Part shown: positions 63,548 to 64,000 of the stretch, in pieces
Numbering within the stretch: position 1 is the stretch's first letter
Layout: every line of letters begins with the position of its first letter
Source: Dehalococcoidia bacterium
Lineage (GTDB): Bacteria; Chloroflexota; Dehalococcoidia; UBA2979
Length of the DNA: 64,000 nucleotides
Direction: 5' to 3'
NCBI GenBank assembly: GCA_965207415.1
Contig: CBDBMD010000003.1
Coordinates: forward strand, 2,480,991-2,544,990
Notes under the pieces: model-generated
What the model was told of the DNA's origin: nothing
Databases searched by the model: none
What the model saw: only the letters and a program-made list of their open reading frames with translations
Made by a program: the position numbers and the translations under genes

Positions 63548-64000
63548 GTCGTTCCGTTCGCGCCCGCTCCCACGCAGCGACCTCGGTCGGCGTGGGCTGG
63601 CGATCCGAGATGTAGACGGTCTCGTACGGGATCTCCTCGCGATCTCGCGCGAGCCTCCAGCCCGCCTCGAGGTGCGATAGCGCGCTCACCTGCGATGCGT
63701 TGAGGTCCCCAAGCTCGGTCAGGACCGCATCAACAATGGCGATCTCCGCAGAATCGAGGAGCTCCTTTGCGTCAGACTTCCGCAGTGGCCGAACCACCTT
63801 CTGGGGACGATTGAAGTAACGCCGCTCCACTCGCTCGATTTCTCCCTCTGCTTCCATCAAGCGGAGGGCGGGGAGCAGTTCCCTGGGAGCGGGCCCCCTG
63901 TCCAGACGCTGGTACGTGGCGCCCGTGATCGACTCGCCGAGCATGCCAAACGCCTTGAAGTCGCTGAAGTACAGAATCTTGTTGAGCTTCGTGGCTCCGA
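63525..64000 (-). CDS. Panacea-domain (DUF4065, SocA-like antitoxin-type) protein, 5' end beyond window
   Basis: Translating upstream of the track ORF gives ...ATKLNKILYFSDFKAFGMLGESITGATYQRLDRGP. This matches my memory of the DUF4065 KLxKLLYFAD....G.P.TG..Y....GPV signature. The gene continues past position 64000. Confidence 0.5.
   Translation of the reverse strand, partial: GATKLNKILYFSDFKAFGMLGESITGATYQRLDRGPAPRELLPALRLMEAEGEIERVERRYFNRPQKVVRPLRKSDAKELLDSAEIAIVDAVLTELGDLNASQVSALSHLEAGWRLARDREEIPYETVYISDRQPTPTEVAAWERARTERRATRSSS

Overview
This is a 64 kb segment of a very high-GC (about 70 percent) bacterial chromosome. Calls come from the supplied ORF translations and motifs recognised by eye; no database searches were run. 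Several features point to an actinobacterial-type lineage: Rho with an Arg/Glu/Gly-rich N-terminal extension, an HspR-type regulator, an SCO1664-family protein and a VKOR-DsbA pair. Because of the GC content almost every locus also carries a long stop-free Arg/Ala/Gly-rich antisense ORF; these were rejected.

Most of the window is housekeeping: ppx, an inositol monophosphatase, an RRM glycine-rich RNA-binding protein followed by a DEAD-box helicase, ruvB, secA, prs, an acyl-CoA dehydrogenase, dnaE, a ClC channel with CBS and RCK-C domains, rho, a CPA2 antiporter and pyrG. No tRNA, rRNA, CRISPR array, IS element or integrase was found.

Two heat-shock regulons are present:
- An HspR-type unit: dnaJ-like(no Zn finger)-hspR-clpC, divergent from hsp20, with degenerate HAIR-like repeats in the shared control region.
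- A CIRCE/HrcA unit: hrcA-grpE-dnaK-[fic]-dnaJ-prmA-rsmE. A perfect CIRCE sits just upstream of hrcA. A class II Fic gene is inserted between dnaK and dnaJ, flanked by two related hairpins.

Accessory-type content:
1. An orphan phage head-morphogenesis module (scaffold-like, major capsid, gp6-like connector, a 656-aa unknown protein and a 68-aa protein) sits between ruvB and a GNAT (RimI-like) gene, with no terminase, portal, protease or integrase.
2. Two convergent MoxR-DUF58 modules lie back to back. One is Bat-like, with VWA and VWA-TPR proteins. The other ends in a TgpA-like transglutaminase whose Cys/His/Asp triad all appear substituted.
3. Three M23 peptidases are present. Two are tandem LysM-M23 paralogs; the third has a long Thr-Pro repeat encoded by nested (ACTCCC)n DNA repeats.
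4. Toxin-antitoxin-like loci: a vapBC pair with an operator palindrome over the start codon, an orphan RHH antitoxin-like gene, and a Panacea-domain (DUF4065) gene overlapping an unknown partner at the window edge.

The two most notable items are the Fic gene embedded in the dnaK operon and the orphan capsid module.
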